64,000 bases of DNA, from the sequence record NC_023610.1, one strand, 5' to 3'. A program made the position numbers and the translations under genes. Shown here piece after piece: positions 43,971 to 53,800 of the stretch (position 1 is the stretch's first letter; each line of letters begins with the position of its first letter). The notes below the pieces were generated by a model. The model was not told the origin of the DNA and ran no database searches. It saw only the letters and a program-made list of their open reading frames with translations.

Positions 43971-44564
43971 TTATACCTGACCGAGTTTAATCGGGCGGGT
44001 TTCGAGACGGTCGGTCTTTTGCGCCAGGCGACGCTTGATGTATTCTTCCAGCAGCGGGTCCATACGCGTACCCATCAGGTGCAGGGCACGGACGATGGCC
44101 AGCCAGCGGTTGGTATCTTTAATGGTCGCATCCAGGCCGTCCAGATGCAGTTCAACTTCGTAGTGACCTTTCACGCGGCGGACACGGTACTTCTGCGAAC
44201 GCAGCAGGTTTTCTGCCACTTGTTCGTTCAGCGCATAGCCACGCGGAGGTTGTAGACCGCCACCTGACATCAGGCTGTAGGTCAGCATAGCCAGTTTCTG
44301 ACGGTCGGCATAATCGTCGTGTAACTTGGCCATTTGTTTCGCATCGAGTCGAACACCGTTCGCATCGAACATGTTAGGGTATTGCAGGTCAACTTCCACG
44401 AAGGAGTCGAGTTTGACACCTTTCTGGATTTCCGCTTTGACGGCGTCATCGAGATTGATGCTTTCTTTGATTTGTTCGTCGACAAATGCTTCTTGCTCTG
44501 CGTTCAACGTCATGTTTAATTTTACCTTTATCGGTGTTTCCAGAGATTGGGGGTGATGGCTCAC
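43971..44564 (-). CDS. Hypothetical protein
   Basis: 197 aa in operon with 44580-45038. Confidence 0.65.
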   Translation of the reverse strand: MSHHPQSLETPIKVKLNMTLNAEQEAFVDEQIKESINLDDAVKAEIQKGVKLDSFVEVDLQYPNMFDANGVRLDAKQMAKLHDDYADRQKLAMLTYSLMSGGGLQPPRGYALNEQVAENLLRSQKYRVRRVKGHYEVELHLDGLDATIKDTNRWLAIVRALHLMGTRMDPLLEEYIKRRLAQKTDRLETRPIKLGQV

Positions 44565-44579
44565 CCCCGACTTGAGTTG

Positions 44580-45038
44580 TTAGTCGACCAGCTTACGGAA
44601 GCGTTCGGTCAGCGCAGTGCGCACGTCGTTATGCTCTTTGTGCTCAAAGCGACGCAGCACCATGCTCATGGCAGCAGACTTCGGCTTACCTTGCGCATCC
44701 ATACCCTGCGGACGGTTGAAGTTCACCGCCAGTTCATCGTGACCGATTTTCACTACGCCAGCAACGCGTTTGATGTCCGGGTTTTCCGCCAGGAAGTCAC
44801 CAGCCTTTTCACCAGCAACGTGGAACAGCGCGGTGCCGTATTCACTGGTGTACTGCTGCGTATCGAGGATGTTAGCTTCGCTCAGCTTGTCCGCCGGACG
44901 AGACGCCAGGAAGTTGGTTTCTGCTACTTCCAGTTTACCTTCACTGTTGATGCCAACATCTGGGCTAATTTTGTTAGCCAGTTCTACCAGGTCGTTAGAG
45001 AGAGCAACGTCAGCGGTTTTGTTTTCTACTTGAGACAT
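44580..45038 (-). CDS. Conserved jumbo-phage hypothetical protein, probably highly expressed
   Basis: AAGGA RBS; strongly biased codons (GCT/GAA/AAC/CTG); early promoter and structured leader upstream. Confidence 0.75.
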   Translation of the reverse strand: MSQVENKTADVALSNDLVELANKISPDVGINSEGKLEVAETNFLASRPADKLSEANILDTQQYTSEYGTALFHVAGEKAGDFLAENPDIKRVAGVVKIGHDELAVNFNRPQGMDAQGKPKSAAMSMVLRRFEHKEHNDVRTALTERFRKLVD

Positions 45039-45164
45039 GGAATGTTCCTTGAGTGTCTTGGGTTTTATTAGCGGGGATATCTTCGAAGGTATACCCCCAC
45101 AGAGTGGGTTGAATGCGTAGAATTTAAACTACGCATTCGGTTTCATGAACTACTGTTCACCTAA

Positions 45165-45181
45165 GTAATGTATACTTGAAT
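45165..45181 (-). promoter_or_regulatory. Early promoter motif variant
   Basis: Minus ATTCAAGTATACATTAC. Confidence 0.5.
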
Positions 45182-45186
45182 TTCTT

Positions 45187-45990
45187 TTAAACAGCAGGGC
45201 CGATGGTGACGCGGCCCAGGGCGGTAAACATCAACGCATCTTTGATGGTGTCTACATCGACCCCTCTCTCGCCGTTTTGACTTTGGGTATTCACCAGGTT
45301 CGAGTAGATGCGATAGAGTTCCATCGGGTCACCGAACTCTGCACCTTTGAACAACGTCTGGAGCAGCGCATTGTTAAAGGTTACCGGCCACGACCAGGAA
45401 GCCGTGTCTTTGTCCGGGTCATTCGCGTGACTGATGAAACTGTCCACGAACTCTTCTGCTGTGGTGTACTGGTCCACAAACGCCGGAAGCATGGCAAACA
45501 TATACTGGTACGCTGAATACGCAGAGGAGGCAATTACCGCATCGCGGGTTTCACGGCTACTCATGTAACGATTGTCGATACCACGCGCAACCAGGTTAGC
45601 GTACGTGTTACAGAATTCAATCGGCGTACCCCAGGCTTCTGCCATGTGCTCACGCTGATGCTGGAACAGCGGGTCAGTACGCGACACCGGGAACGCCATC
45701 AGGTTCGGTCCCAATACGCTCTCAGCCTGAGAACGCAGACGACGGTTCAGTTGCAGCAGACTGTAGACTTTACTGTCACCCGGATGGGTAGTGGTAACGA
45801 TACCATCATCCAGTAGCATCTCCGGAATCACGCCTTTGGCTACACCGAGACCTACCGAGACAATGGTGTACCCATAAATCTCAGCAATGAAGTTACGGAA
45901 GAACGCATGTGCCGCCACGGTCTGCATGTAAACACGCTGAGCGCGGTTGGCGTCTTTCAGGTTGGTGGTCAGTACGGAAGGAAGAGACAT
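45187..45990 (-). CDS. Hypothetical (likely virion) protein
   Basis: 267 aa, AAGGA RBS, in the head morphogenesis block. Confidence 0.65.
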   Translation of the reverse strand: MSLPSVLTTNLKDANRAQRVYMQTVAAHAFFRNFIAEIYGYTIVSVGLGVAKGVIPEMLLDDGIVTTTHPGDSKVYSLLQLNRRLRSQAESVLGPNLMAFPVSRTDPLFQHQREHMAEAWGTPIEFCNTYANLVARGIDNRYMSSRETRDAVIASSAYSAYQYMFAMLPAFVDQYTTAEEFVDSFISHANDPDKDTASWSWPVTFNNALLQTLFKGAEFGDPMELYRIYSNLVNTQSQNGERGVDVDTIKDALMFTALGRVTIGPAV

Positions 45991-45999
45991 TTACAGTCC

Positions 46000-46695
46000 T
46001 TATACGGTCGGGTTGATTTCATTCAGCAGCCAGCCGGTGGCCAGTGCATCAATAGTTTTGCCACTGTTCAGGTACGTCACCAAACGGTCGGCATCAACGA
46101 ACATGGTTTGACGGTCACCGACACTTTGGGTGTTGGCCGCCATGACGTGTTGGTCACGCGTTAAGGTTGGGCTCTGTGTCAGCAGGTTCACCATCGCTGT
46201 ACCAATCACCTCTTGCAGGTCAGACAACTGCTTATAGCGGTACTGGGATTCGTTGTCGGTCCCGGTCGCGTATTGCGCCATCAGATAACCCGCCAGGTAG
46301 TATCCCACCCAGTACGCCGGTGCGGCATGAATTGCCCCGGTCAGCTCATGGTCTAAACGCGTCATGAATACGCTGCTGTTCTCATCCCGCACGTTCGTAA
46401 ACAGGTTACGGTAGAGGAACGAGATAAAGCTCGCCGGGAGGTTCTGGAGACGGTTACCCAAGTCAATGTTCTGACTGGTCTTCATCCAGGTAGTGAGGGC
46501 GGTACGGATATCCGCTTCCCACATCTCAATCACCCAGTCAATCTGCGGCACGCTACGGCGCGTGGATGCGGTACGGAACTGGGCAGCTTGCGGCAATATT
46601 GCCCAAGGGGTCGACCATTTCACGGGCTGTACGATGCAAGCCAGGTTAGCGTCGTCGTAGCGGTCCTGAAGGTCAGCAACAGTAATGGCCATCAC
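46000..46695 (-). CDS. Hypothetical (likely virion) protein
   Basis: 231 aa, AAGGA RBS. Confidence 0.65.
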   Translation of the reverse strand: MMAITVADLQDRYDDANLACIVQPVKWSTPWAILPQAAQFRTASTRRSVPQIDWVIEMWEADIRTALTTWMKTSQNIDLGNRLQNLPASFISFLYRNLFTNVRDENSSVFMTRLDHELTGAIHAAPAYWVGYYLAGYLMAQYATGTDNESQYRYKQLSDLQEVIGTAMVNLLTQSPTLTRDQHVMAANTQSVGDRQTMFVDADRLVTYLNSGKTIDALATGWLLNEINPTV

Positions 46696-46746
46696 GAGAT
46701 TCCTTTTAAGTAGTTAACATACAGTGGTTGGATGACGTATTAAAAA

Positions 46747-46777
46747 ACAGCATACACGGGAGGGCGAACCCTCCCGT
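46747..46777 (-). repeat. 31-bp hairpin repeat, copy 2 (terminator of protease gene)
   Basis: Identical to 22913-22943. Confidence 0.85.
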
Positions 46778-46781
46778 TGTA

Positions 46782-47546
46782 TTATTTCAGCCAGCGGGTC
46801 ACTGCCGGTTGGGCATTCGACAACTGGTTCTTCTCCAGACGCTTCACGGCATCCAGAGTTTGTGCGATGCTGCTCTCTACTGCAACACCCTGGGACGTAC
46901 GACGTTCTGCCATGGCACGGATTACAGGCAGGTTGGCTGCCACGCGCTCGATGTCCTGGAAACTTTCGCACGACGGGGAATTGTACTTGGTCGCCACATC
47001 CAGGCCCGGTTCGTTCACCACGTCCCAGGTAATGATAGCATCCAGGTACTTGCGCTTTTTCCCAGCGACGTATTTGTCGGTCGCCATTGAACGAATACTG
47101 AAGGCAAGGTTCGCCGACGGGTTGTTCAACAGACGCTCGACCACGTGTGCGTGTGGACCATCCGGGCAAATCTCACCCATGATAGCGATACACTTACGGC
47201 CGTCGTTCAGAACATGGTTAGAGTCAATCCACACCTTACGGATATGGATGGCCACGTTCTTTTCCAGGATGGTGTGGATGCGCTCTACGTAGTCATTGTA
47301 GTCACGACATTCACGCTGAGGTGGATGCCCCAGCTCACCACGTAAGAACCCTTGCGAGATACGGCGCATGAACACCGACCCCTGACGCAGGAACTCGCGG
47401 GCACGCCCTTCGTCGTACACCGCCCCGTAGCTGTTTGGGTGCTCCAGTGCTCCGAGCACGACTTCTACGTAGCCGTTGTCCAACCGTTTGATTTTACCGG
47501 TGTTGTTCACACCTTTGAGCACTGTGCACTCGAATGCCGTTGACAT
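46782..47546 (-). CDS. Prohead (head maturation) serine protease, phiKZ gp175/SPN3US gp245-like
   Basis: LRGELGHP (catalytic His), LAFSIRS (catalytic Ser), TWDVVNEPG (Asp) motifs; synteny with vRNAP genes. Confidence 0.85.
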   Translation of the reverse strand: MSTAFECTVLKGVNNTGKIKRLDNGYVEVVLGALEHPNSYGAVYDEGRAREFLRQGSVFMRRISQGFLRGELGHPPQRECRDYNDYVERIHTILEKNVAIHIRKVWIDSNHVLNDGRKCIAIMGEICPDGPHAHVVERLLNNPSANLAFSIRSMATDKYVAGKKRKYLDAIITWDVVNEPGLDVATKYNSPSCESFQDIERVAANLPVIRAMAERRTSQGVAVESSIAQTLDAVKRLEKNQLSNAQPAVTRWLK

Positions 47547-47561
47547 TCCTCATTCCCCTCT

Positions 47562-48290
47562 TTACCAGCGCGATGTCCAATCCGGCGCGCCGTCGTAGTT
47601 CAACAACGCAGCTTTTCTTTTTTTCCAGGTTTCATACGCTTCACGCGTAATCGCTTCATATCTAATCTCTTGCTGCTGATAGCGGTTCGAGTAGTAAGAA
47701 TCGAAGAACGGAATCGAGAAGTGATGGAACCCTTTTAGTAGCCCGAGGGTGTTATCCCACGGAACTTCCTGGTCCCCGAAGATTTCCAGATAAATGTCAA
47801 CTTCCACGTTAATGGCGTGGTCATCTTTCTGAATCTTGATGGCCTGAATAAAGAACTTCCCGACTTGTTGCGCCGGGTATTGCTGCTCTTCTTCCAGGTA
47901 ATCCACCAACCACCGCTCACGGCACCACTTCGCCATCGGAGCCATGGACGGTTTAGGGAACACCGAACTCTGGTACGGGATAGCGTAGAGGGTGTAACCC
48001 CCCAGCCAGTCATCGTCCCCGGCACAGGTTGCTCGGTCTTTCAGGTAGTCGCGGGCCATAACGGCATAGCCGCGGATACAATCAAGAATGGTCACCCCAG
48101 TACAGACACGCGGAACAAGTTCGTCTTCCGACTCCATCGTTCGTTGAATCTTGCGCGGGGAGAACACCTCAATTGTCTTGTTGGGGGAAACGTGGTACGT
48201 GACCCCGGGCTTGGGGTCAAGTTCCAATCCTTGCAGCACGTGAGGAGGTTGACGCAGGAGGTAACGCAGCATTTCTACTTCATGGTCCAT
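47562..48290 (-). CDS. Hypothetical protein with YHVS...PR...ED...PRVC motif
   Basis: GAGG RBS; motif seen directly. Confidence 0.65.
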   Translation of the reverse strand: MDHEVEMLRYLLRQPPHVLQGLELDPKPGVTYHVSPNKTIEVFSPRKIQRTMESEDELVPRVCTGVTILDCIRGYAVMARDYLKDRATCAGDDDWLGGYTLYAIPYQSSVFPKPSMAPMAKWCRERWLVDYLEEEQQYPAQQVGKFFIQAIKIQKDDHAINVEVDIYLEIFGDQEVPWDNTLGLLKGFHHFSIPFFDSYYSNRYQQQEIRYEAITREAYETWKKRKAALLNYDGAPDWTSRW

Positions 48291-48302
48291 TGTGCGCCTC
48301 AC

Positions 48303-49028
48303 TTACGTTCGAAGGATAGATTCCATTTTACTGACTTTGTCGCTAGGGTTCACGATTGCCGAATCAAGGCCTTCCGCCATGTAACTACCGGTTACCTTCG
48401 CCGTGGTGTCCTGTGCCCCGAACTCTACGTTACGGAGCGGAACCCACGCTACCCGGTCAGAGACGTCTTCCGCTACCTTCTTCAGGATTTCACGGATAGG
48501 ACGACGACGGTCAGCCATCATGCGCGCAATCTGCGCAATAACCATTTCCCCTACCGCAGGCGTTAACACCAGACTGGACCCGGCGTACTTCAACATCAGG
48601 TTGAAGAACTCACCCAGGTCTTCGTAGGTGTAATACCACGGAATACGGCCACGCGCCACAATCTCTTCAACCAGGTAATAAAGGAGGATGTTATCCTTCA
48701 CCAGGTCAGTGGACTTCACGAGGATTTGTCCCGGTTGGAACCGGAACTCGTAGTACTCGCGTTCGTCAATGGTCGTGGTCACCGTCTCAGCAGGATTCAA
48801 ACGAATCATGGCCGGGATAGTGTAAACGCCGTACTCGCCGCTATCGAGGATTACCGAGAAGAACCCCATGGACAGGGTGTCCCGTCCCATTGTCAGCAAC
48901 TGCTTCGAACGGAAGGTTTCCGGGACGTGAATCCTACAGGGTTTGAGGACTGCAAGAGACCCGTCCGGGAGTTCTTTCAAGGCAGCGACAACGACGGCGG
49001 GATTACGTTTCAGTTTGGTAATGTCCAT
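48303..49028 (-). CDS. Conserved virion protein, candidate small vRNAP subunit (SPN3US gp244-like by position and size)
   Basis: 241 aa between the protease and vRNAP beta; IPWY..YEDL motif. Confidence 0.5.
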   Translation of the reverse strand: MDITKLKRNPAVVVAALKELPDGSLAVLKPCRIHVPETFRSKQLLTMGRDTLSMGFFSVILDSGEYGVYTIPAMIRLNPAETVTTTIDEREYYEFRFQPGQILVKSTDLVKDNILLYYLVEEIVARGRIPWYYTYEDLGEFFNLMLKYAGSSLVLTPAVGEMVIAQIARMMADRRRPIREILKKVAEDVSDRVAWVPLRNVEFGAQDTTAKVTGSYMAEGLDSAIVNPSDKVSKMESILRT

Positions 49029-49042
49029 CGTTGTCCCTTAGC

Positions 49043-50533
49043 TTATTGCGTGATGGTGAAGTTAGCCGCAGACCATTTGGCCATGTAGCGCAGGGCTGCA
49101 TACCAGGCCGCATGTGCCGGGTGCGCTTCGCCATCTTCCAGCTCTTCGTTGATGGTGTCGATAATACCGCGGGCGTCAACAAAGTTGAAGACGTGGGCGC
49201 AGACTTTATCTTTCACCAGGTCGTACACGTTCGGGGTGTCCTGAACGTCCCAACCTTTAAAGAAGGCAGGGAGGTCTTGCATCGCAGCACGCATTTCTGC
49301 GACCTTCGCCACGCGGTCTTCACCGGCAGGGAATTGGTCAGCAGGCAGCGCACGGATACGCGCATCCGCACAGTGGATAAGGCCTTCACCGATACGGGTG
49401 AGGATAGTCTTACGACTGAACGCTTCACGCTCGTCGGTCAACTTTTTCCACAGGCTGGCGAAGTGGTCTTTGTTCTGCAAGTACTCAGACAAGAACATCA
49501 CCGGTTTGTCAGTGGTCGCGCCACCAATCAATGCTTCCGGGGAACCGCCCTGGTCGAGGAACTTACGGTACACTTCAGCGAACACCACCACCTGGCCATC
49601 ACCGTCACGGAACTGGAAGGTACCAGCACGGGGACGACGGATAACCATTTTACCGGCGTTGATAGCATCGTCATACTGGCGCAGGGCCATATGCGCAACC
49701 AAGCCAACCTGGTTACGTAACGCACCCATGGCGTTCTCGTACTCAGCCAGACCCAGACCAGTGCCTTCCAGCGGGTCGGTGACCAGAGAGTCAACCAGGA
49801 AGTACAGGATAATACCGAGGTCGGCGTTTTCCTGGGTGAACGGCATCAGGGTAAAGGTGCCGCTTGGGGTTTTCTGGAGCAGACGGTAAATCTCGTCGTT
49901 CATGCTCGTTGGGGAACGGTCGTACTCACCACGGAACACCGCGTTGTACAACTTGGTTACCACACCCGTGCCATATTTACCGATGGATGCAGCCAGCGCA
50001 TCGTCGAGTTCTGGGATGCCGGTGTGCATTCCACCAATCAGACGGTTCTCTTCACGCTCCGGCGCATTACGCACCAGTTTGTTCAGTTCCTGTTTGACTT
50101 TGAACTTACTAACGATTTCACGCACCAGGGCAGACTTCACCAGCGGTGACGGTTCGTACTGCACCACTTCCAGGTCACGCGGTTCGCTGTCTTTCACTTT
50201 CTCCAGCACGTCACTCGAGATTTGTGAAATCACTGGCAGCACGGTGTTACGCACGTAGCTCATCTGGGTGACCAGACCTTCCAGCAATACTTCACTGGCA
50301 TCGGCTACTGCGGCTTCATGTTGACTGAACCCGTCATCGGAAGTCACATCGGCCGTGACCGCCACTTCTTCGACGTAGCTTTCCAGCGATACCTGTTGGC
50401 CCTGCTTACGCACCATCGGCAGTGAATAACGCACGGCGTCATCAAACAGCGTTGGGTTCGGGTTGGTGATTTTCAGGCTTTCGGTGTTGACTGCCAACAG
50501 GCGCGCCAACTCAAGGGATGGACGGCTTAACAT
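49043..50533 (-). CDS. Virion head protein (phiKZ gp177/SPN3US gp243-like by synteny)
   Basis: 496 aa; N-terminal VSLES putative protease site. Confidence 0.55.
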   Translation of the reverse strand: MLSRPSLELARLLAVNTESLKITNPNPTLFDDAVRYSLPMVRKQGQQVSLESYVEEVAVTADVTSDDGFSQHEAAVADASEVLLEGLVTQMSYVRNTVLPVISQISSDVLEKVKDSEPRDLEVVQYEPSPLVKSALVREIVSKFKVKQELNKLVRNAPEREENRLIGGMHTGIPELDDALAASIGKYGTGVVTKLYNAVFRGEYDRSPTSMNDEIYRLLQKTPSGTFTLMPFTQENADLGIILYFLVDSLVTDPLEGTGLGLAEYENAMGALRNQVGLVAHMALRQYDDAINAGKMVIRRPRAGTFQFRDGDGQVVVFAEVYRKFLDQGGSPEALIGGATTDKPVMFLSEYLQNKDHFASLWKKLTDEREAFSRKTILTRIGEGLIHCADARIRALPADQFPAGEDRVAKVAEMRAAMQDLPAFFKGWDVQDTPNVYDLVKDKVCAHVFNFVDARGIIDTINEELEDGEAHPAHAAWYAALRYMAKWSAANFTITQ

Positions 50534-50534
50534 T

Positions 50535-50744
50535 TTACGCCACCTCCTTCATGAGGGCTTGTGCATTAACGGCGTTGCCCAGAGCAGCAGCCACTTGTTC
50601 GCGAACCCATTGGGCTTTATTCATCCCTGGTGGAATCGCGTCTTCCGGAATCTGGAAGTCCTCGGAGTTGTTCTTCAGCAGCACGCGACTCTGAATTTCA
50701 ATCAGGTTCGCAAACAGTGCTGTCTTCTGTTCGTTATCGTTCAT
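50535..50744 (-). CDS. Small conserved protein
   Basis: AAGGA RBS, MNDNEQK..., 69 aa. Confidence 0.55.
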   Translation of the reverse strand: MNDNEQKTALFANLIEIQSRVLLKNNSEDFQIPEDAIPPGMNKAQWVREQVAAALGNAVNAQALMKEVA

Positions 50745-50770
50745 GGTACCGGTATCCTTAATAAGGAGCA

Positions 50771-50794
50771 ACGAGGGTAGGGCCCTACCCTCGT
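50771..50794. repeat. Perfect 24-bp palindrome downstream of vRNAP beta
   Basis: ACGAGGGTAGGG|CCCTACCCTCGT. Confidence 0.85.
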
Positions 50795-50802
50795 GGGTTG
50801 TT

Positions 50803-53800
50803 TTACGCGTTAAACTTCGCCGCCATCTCACGGCCAAGGGCTTCCAGTAAGAGGTTGCCTATACCCATAAGAATTGGTGAGTTTACAATACGGGCGTTGA
50901 TGGAGCGGTACGAGAACTGTACGTCCACATCAACCGGTCCCGCCCCCTTAATGACTTCGCCGTCCGTCTGGAAGGTTCCTTCGATGGTCCCGGTGATAAC
51001 CGACTTCAACTGGTTACCAACCACCAGTTTGTCACCATCTCCCATCAGCGTTTGACCCGTGATAAAGACACGAATCGCCACCATGTTCAGGTCAACCTGC
51101 TGACCATCAACACGAGCAGGGGTAGTGATACGACCCGTGGTCGCTGCACCTTTCCCTAACGCCTTCGCTAACCGCGCACGTTGACCGTCTGCTTTCGTCG
51201 CAATCTTCGAAAGTGACGCTGACATGTCTTCCTTGTCCCCGAAGTAAATCACCTCAATCTTGTCCACGGTACCTTTATACTTGGCACGCGGCGCTGACCG
51301 ACTCAAGCGCTTCAGGTTTTCCACCGTTTCATCGTTCAGCGAGGATTGACCCGCCAACGCTTCTTCGATGTAGCAGAGCACGTCATCAACGTCCAGGACA
51401 TCACCCACTTTTACTAACTGGTGTGCGTTCTGGTCGAAGTTGAGCAGGATGGTACGGATATGCGAGGTGTTGGCTAACAGTTTACCCGACAGGCGACGAG
51501 AGATTCGTGAGGAGTCTTCGTAGGTGTCGTTAGTTTCCCACAGGCCAACGTACGCTTGCGCACCGTTCTTCCAGCAGAGGTCCATTGGGTTACGCCAGTC
51601 ACGGGCAAAGAACCCAGTGTTGTACGCAATCCCCGCACCCTCTTTGAACTTCGTCCCCACTTCCAGGTCACAGACCAGGTCGTGCGGGAAGCACTTACCG
51701 GTGACAGTACCAAAGCGGCGACCAATCTCGATACGTTCTTCACCCAGTTTCGGGTCGTCATACGTGATAACCACGTACTCGTCCGTCTTCTCGGTAATCT
51801 TACCCGCCGACTTCGCCGTCTTCGCGAACAGGTCATCCACACGGTGTGCCATGACGCGCTCGTAGCCGGTACGAATCGGGGAGATTTCAGTCCCTACCGT
51901 GGCAACGGCGTGGTCCTGCTGAATCGAGATAAAGTTTACACGTTTCGGGTCATCGTAGGTGGCGAACGGAGACACCAGTGCCGACGTACTCAGCATCCTG
52001 GCAGTACCGGTTTCGGCCGCATCTAACCCAACGGTAGTTCCGCGCAGGCTGGTGAGGTTCGGGTTCGCAGACAGGGAGAAGTTAATCCCTACGTCACCGG
52101 AGTCCACTGTGGCTTCCGAACGAGTCCCGACATCGGTTGGGTGGAATGCACGTGTACGGCGAACCATGGAACGCTTAGAGCGCCCACCGACACCGGAGTA
52201 CGTTACACTCTCTTTCTCTTTCAGGTTGTGAATCGGGTTCGACTCCTCAACCAGAGAAACCGACGGGTCCTGTTGAATGCTCATCAACACGTCAAACGGG
52301 TTCACGTCGACTGCGGCTTTACCGCGGTTCGGGTGAGACGCATACTGACGAACCGACTTACAGATGCTGCGATACACGGCACCGTTCATGCGTTCGTAAC
52401 CTTTATACAAGGCATAGTCCGCAGACTGGTCATCCGGGTACTCATCGGTCACGAGATAATGGGCGGCTTTAATCAGCAGCGGGACGAAGTTGTCCGGTTC
52501 CTTCATCTGACGCAACACGTCAGCACTAATCGGGTCGATGAACAGTTTGTCCAGCAGGTCAATCTCACGAAGATGACGCGCATTCAAACCGTATTCGTTG
52601 AACAGTGGGAAGAACGAATCGCGAGAGTCGAAGTCGCTCATTGGCATGGAACGAAGTCCACGACGCCATGCGCTTAATGACCCCCACACCAGAGAACGGG
52701 TTGTACCGTTCTTCGGGAACACCCAGATTTCGTCTTCGAAGGCAATCTCGAATTCTTTATCCGTGGTGTCACGTTTGGTTCCCTTCACCCGACGGCGGTC
52801 AGGGCCGCCAATCATTTCGGTCAGACCCTTAATCCCAACCAAATACGTCAGCACCGCTGCCAATGGAACTTCTTCGCCTAACACGGTCACCGTAGCAATC
52901 TCGGTCGGTTCCTTCGCAGGGTACATCCCCACGAATTCCGCGAACGACCCAATGGTCTTCATCTCTGGACCGAGACCGTTGTACAGATAACCGTTGTGGT
53001 CCATGTACAACAGACCGTTCCCTTTCAATGCTTTCGCCACAGGCACGTAATCGTTACTCTTTGGCGTGGCACCAAAGTTGTTCATGATGTTCGGGTAGTC
53101 GAAGAAGAACTGATACCCCTTCGTCTGGAACTCCACGAACTCCATGGCCACTGCCGAGTACGTACGCGGCACCGGTTGTTGCGGCGCATAGCTCTTACCG
53201 TACACCACTTTCTCAATCGTTGCCGACTCAGAGAGGATGTTGGCACGCATCCCGTCAGTTAACCACGTCCCGTAGTTATCCACCTTCTTCCCACTGCGCA
53301 TGACCATCAGTTTGTTCGGGTAGTAGGTCGACAAGGACACCTGGTTATCCGCAATCTTACGGATAGGTTTGTCAGTACGCAGCTTACGCATGTAGTACTT
53401 AACGCCACCCACCATGTATTTCCCGCTTTCCTGAATCACAGGGAGCTGGAACTTCACAGGGGTTGAGATACCAGAGACCGGGTTGAACTTCAGGACGTAG
53501 CTATTCAGGTCGTTCAGGGCGTCGGTGTTACGTTCGACATCATACTGCGTAATCGCGAAGCCTGCCTTCTGGAAGTGCATCACCATACGCGCGGTGTCTT
53601 TGTGGAACACCTCTTTGATGTAGACCGGGTCGTAATCCATCAGGGTGGACTCGAGCATCGACTTATCCGGGACGTGTTCGTTGTCCGGAATCTTCCTTGG
53701 TTTGAAGTCCCACAGCTTACCGTGCGGAATGTCCATGAACTCGGCCAGCGTCTTGCTGGTCCCGTCATCGAACGGCGCAGGAAGCTCCTTGTAACGCTCA

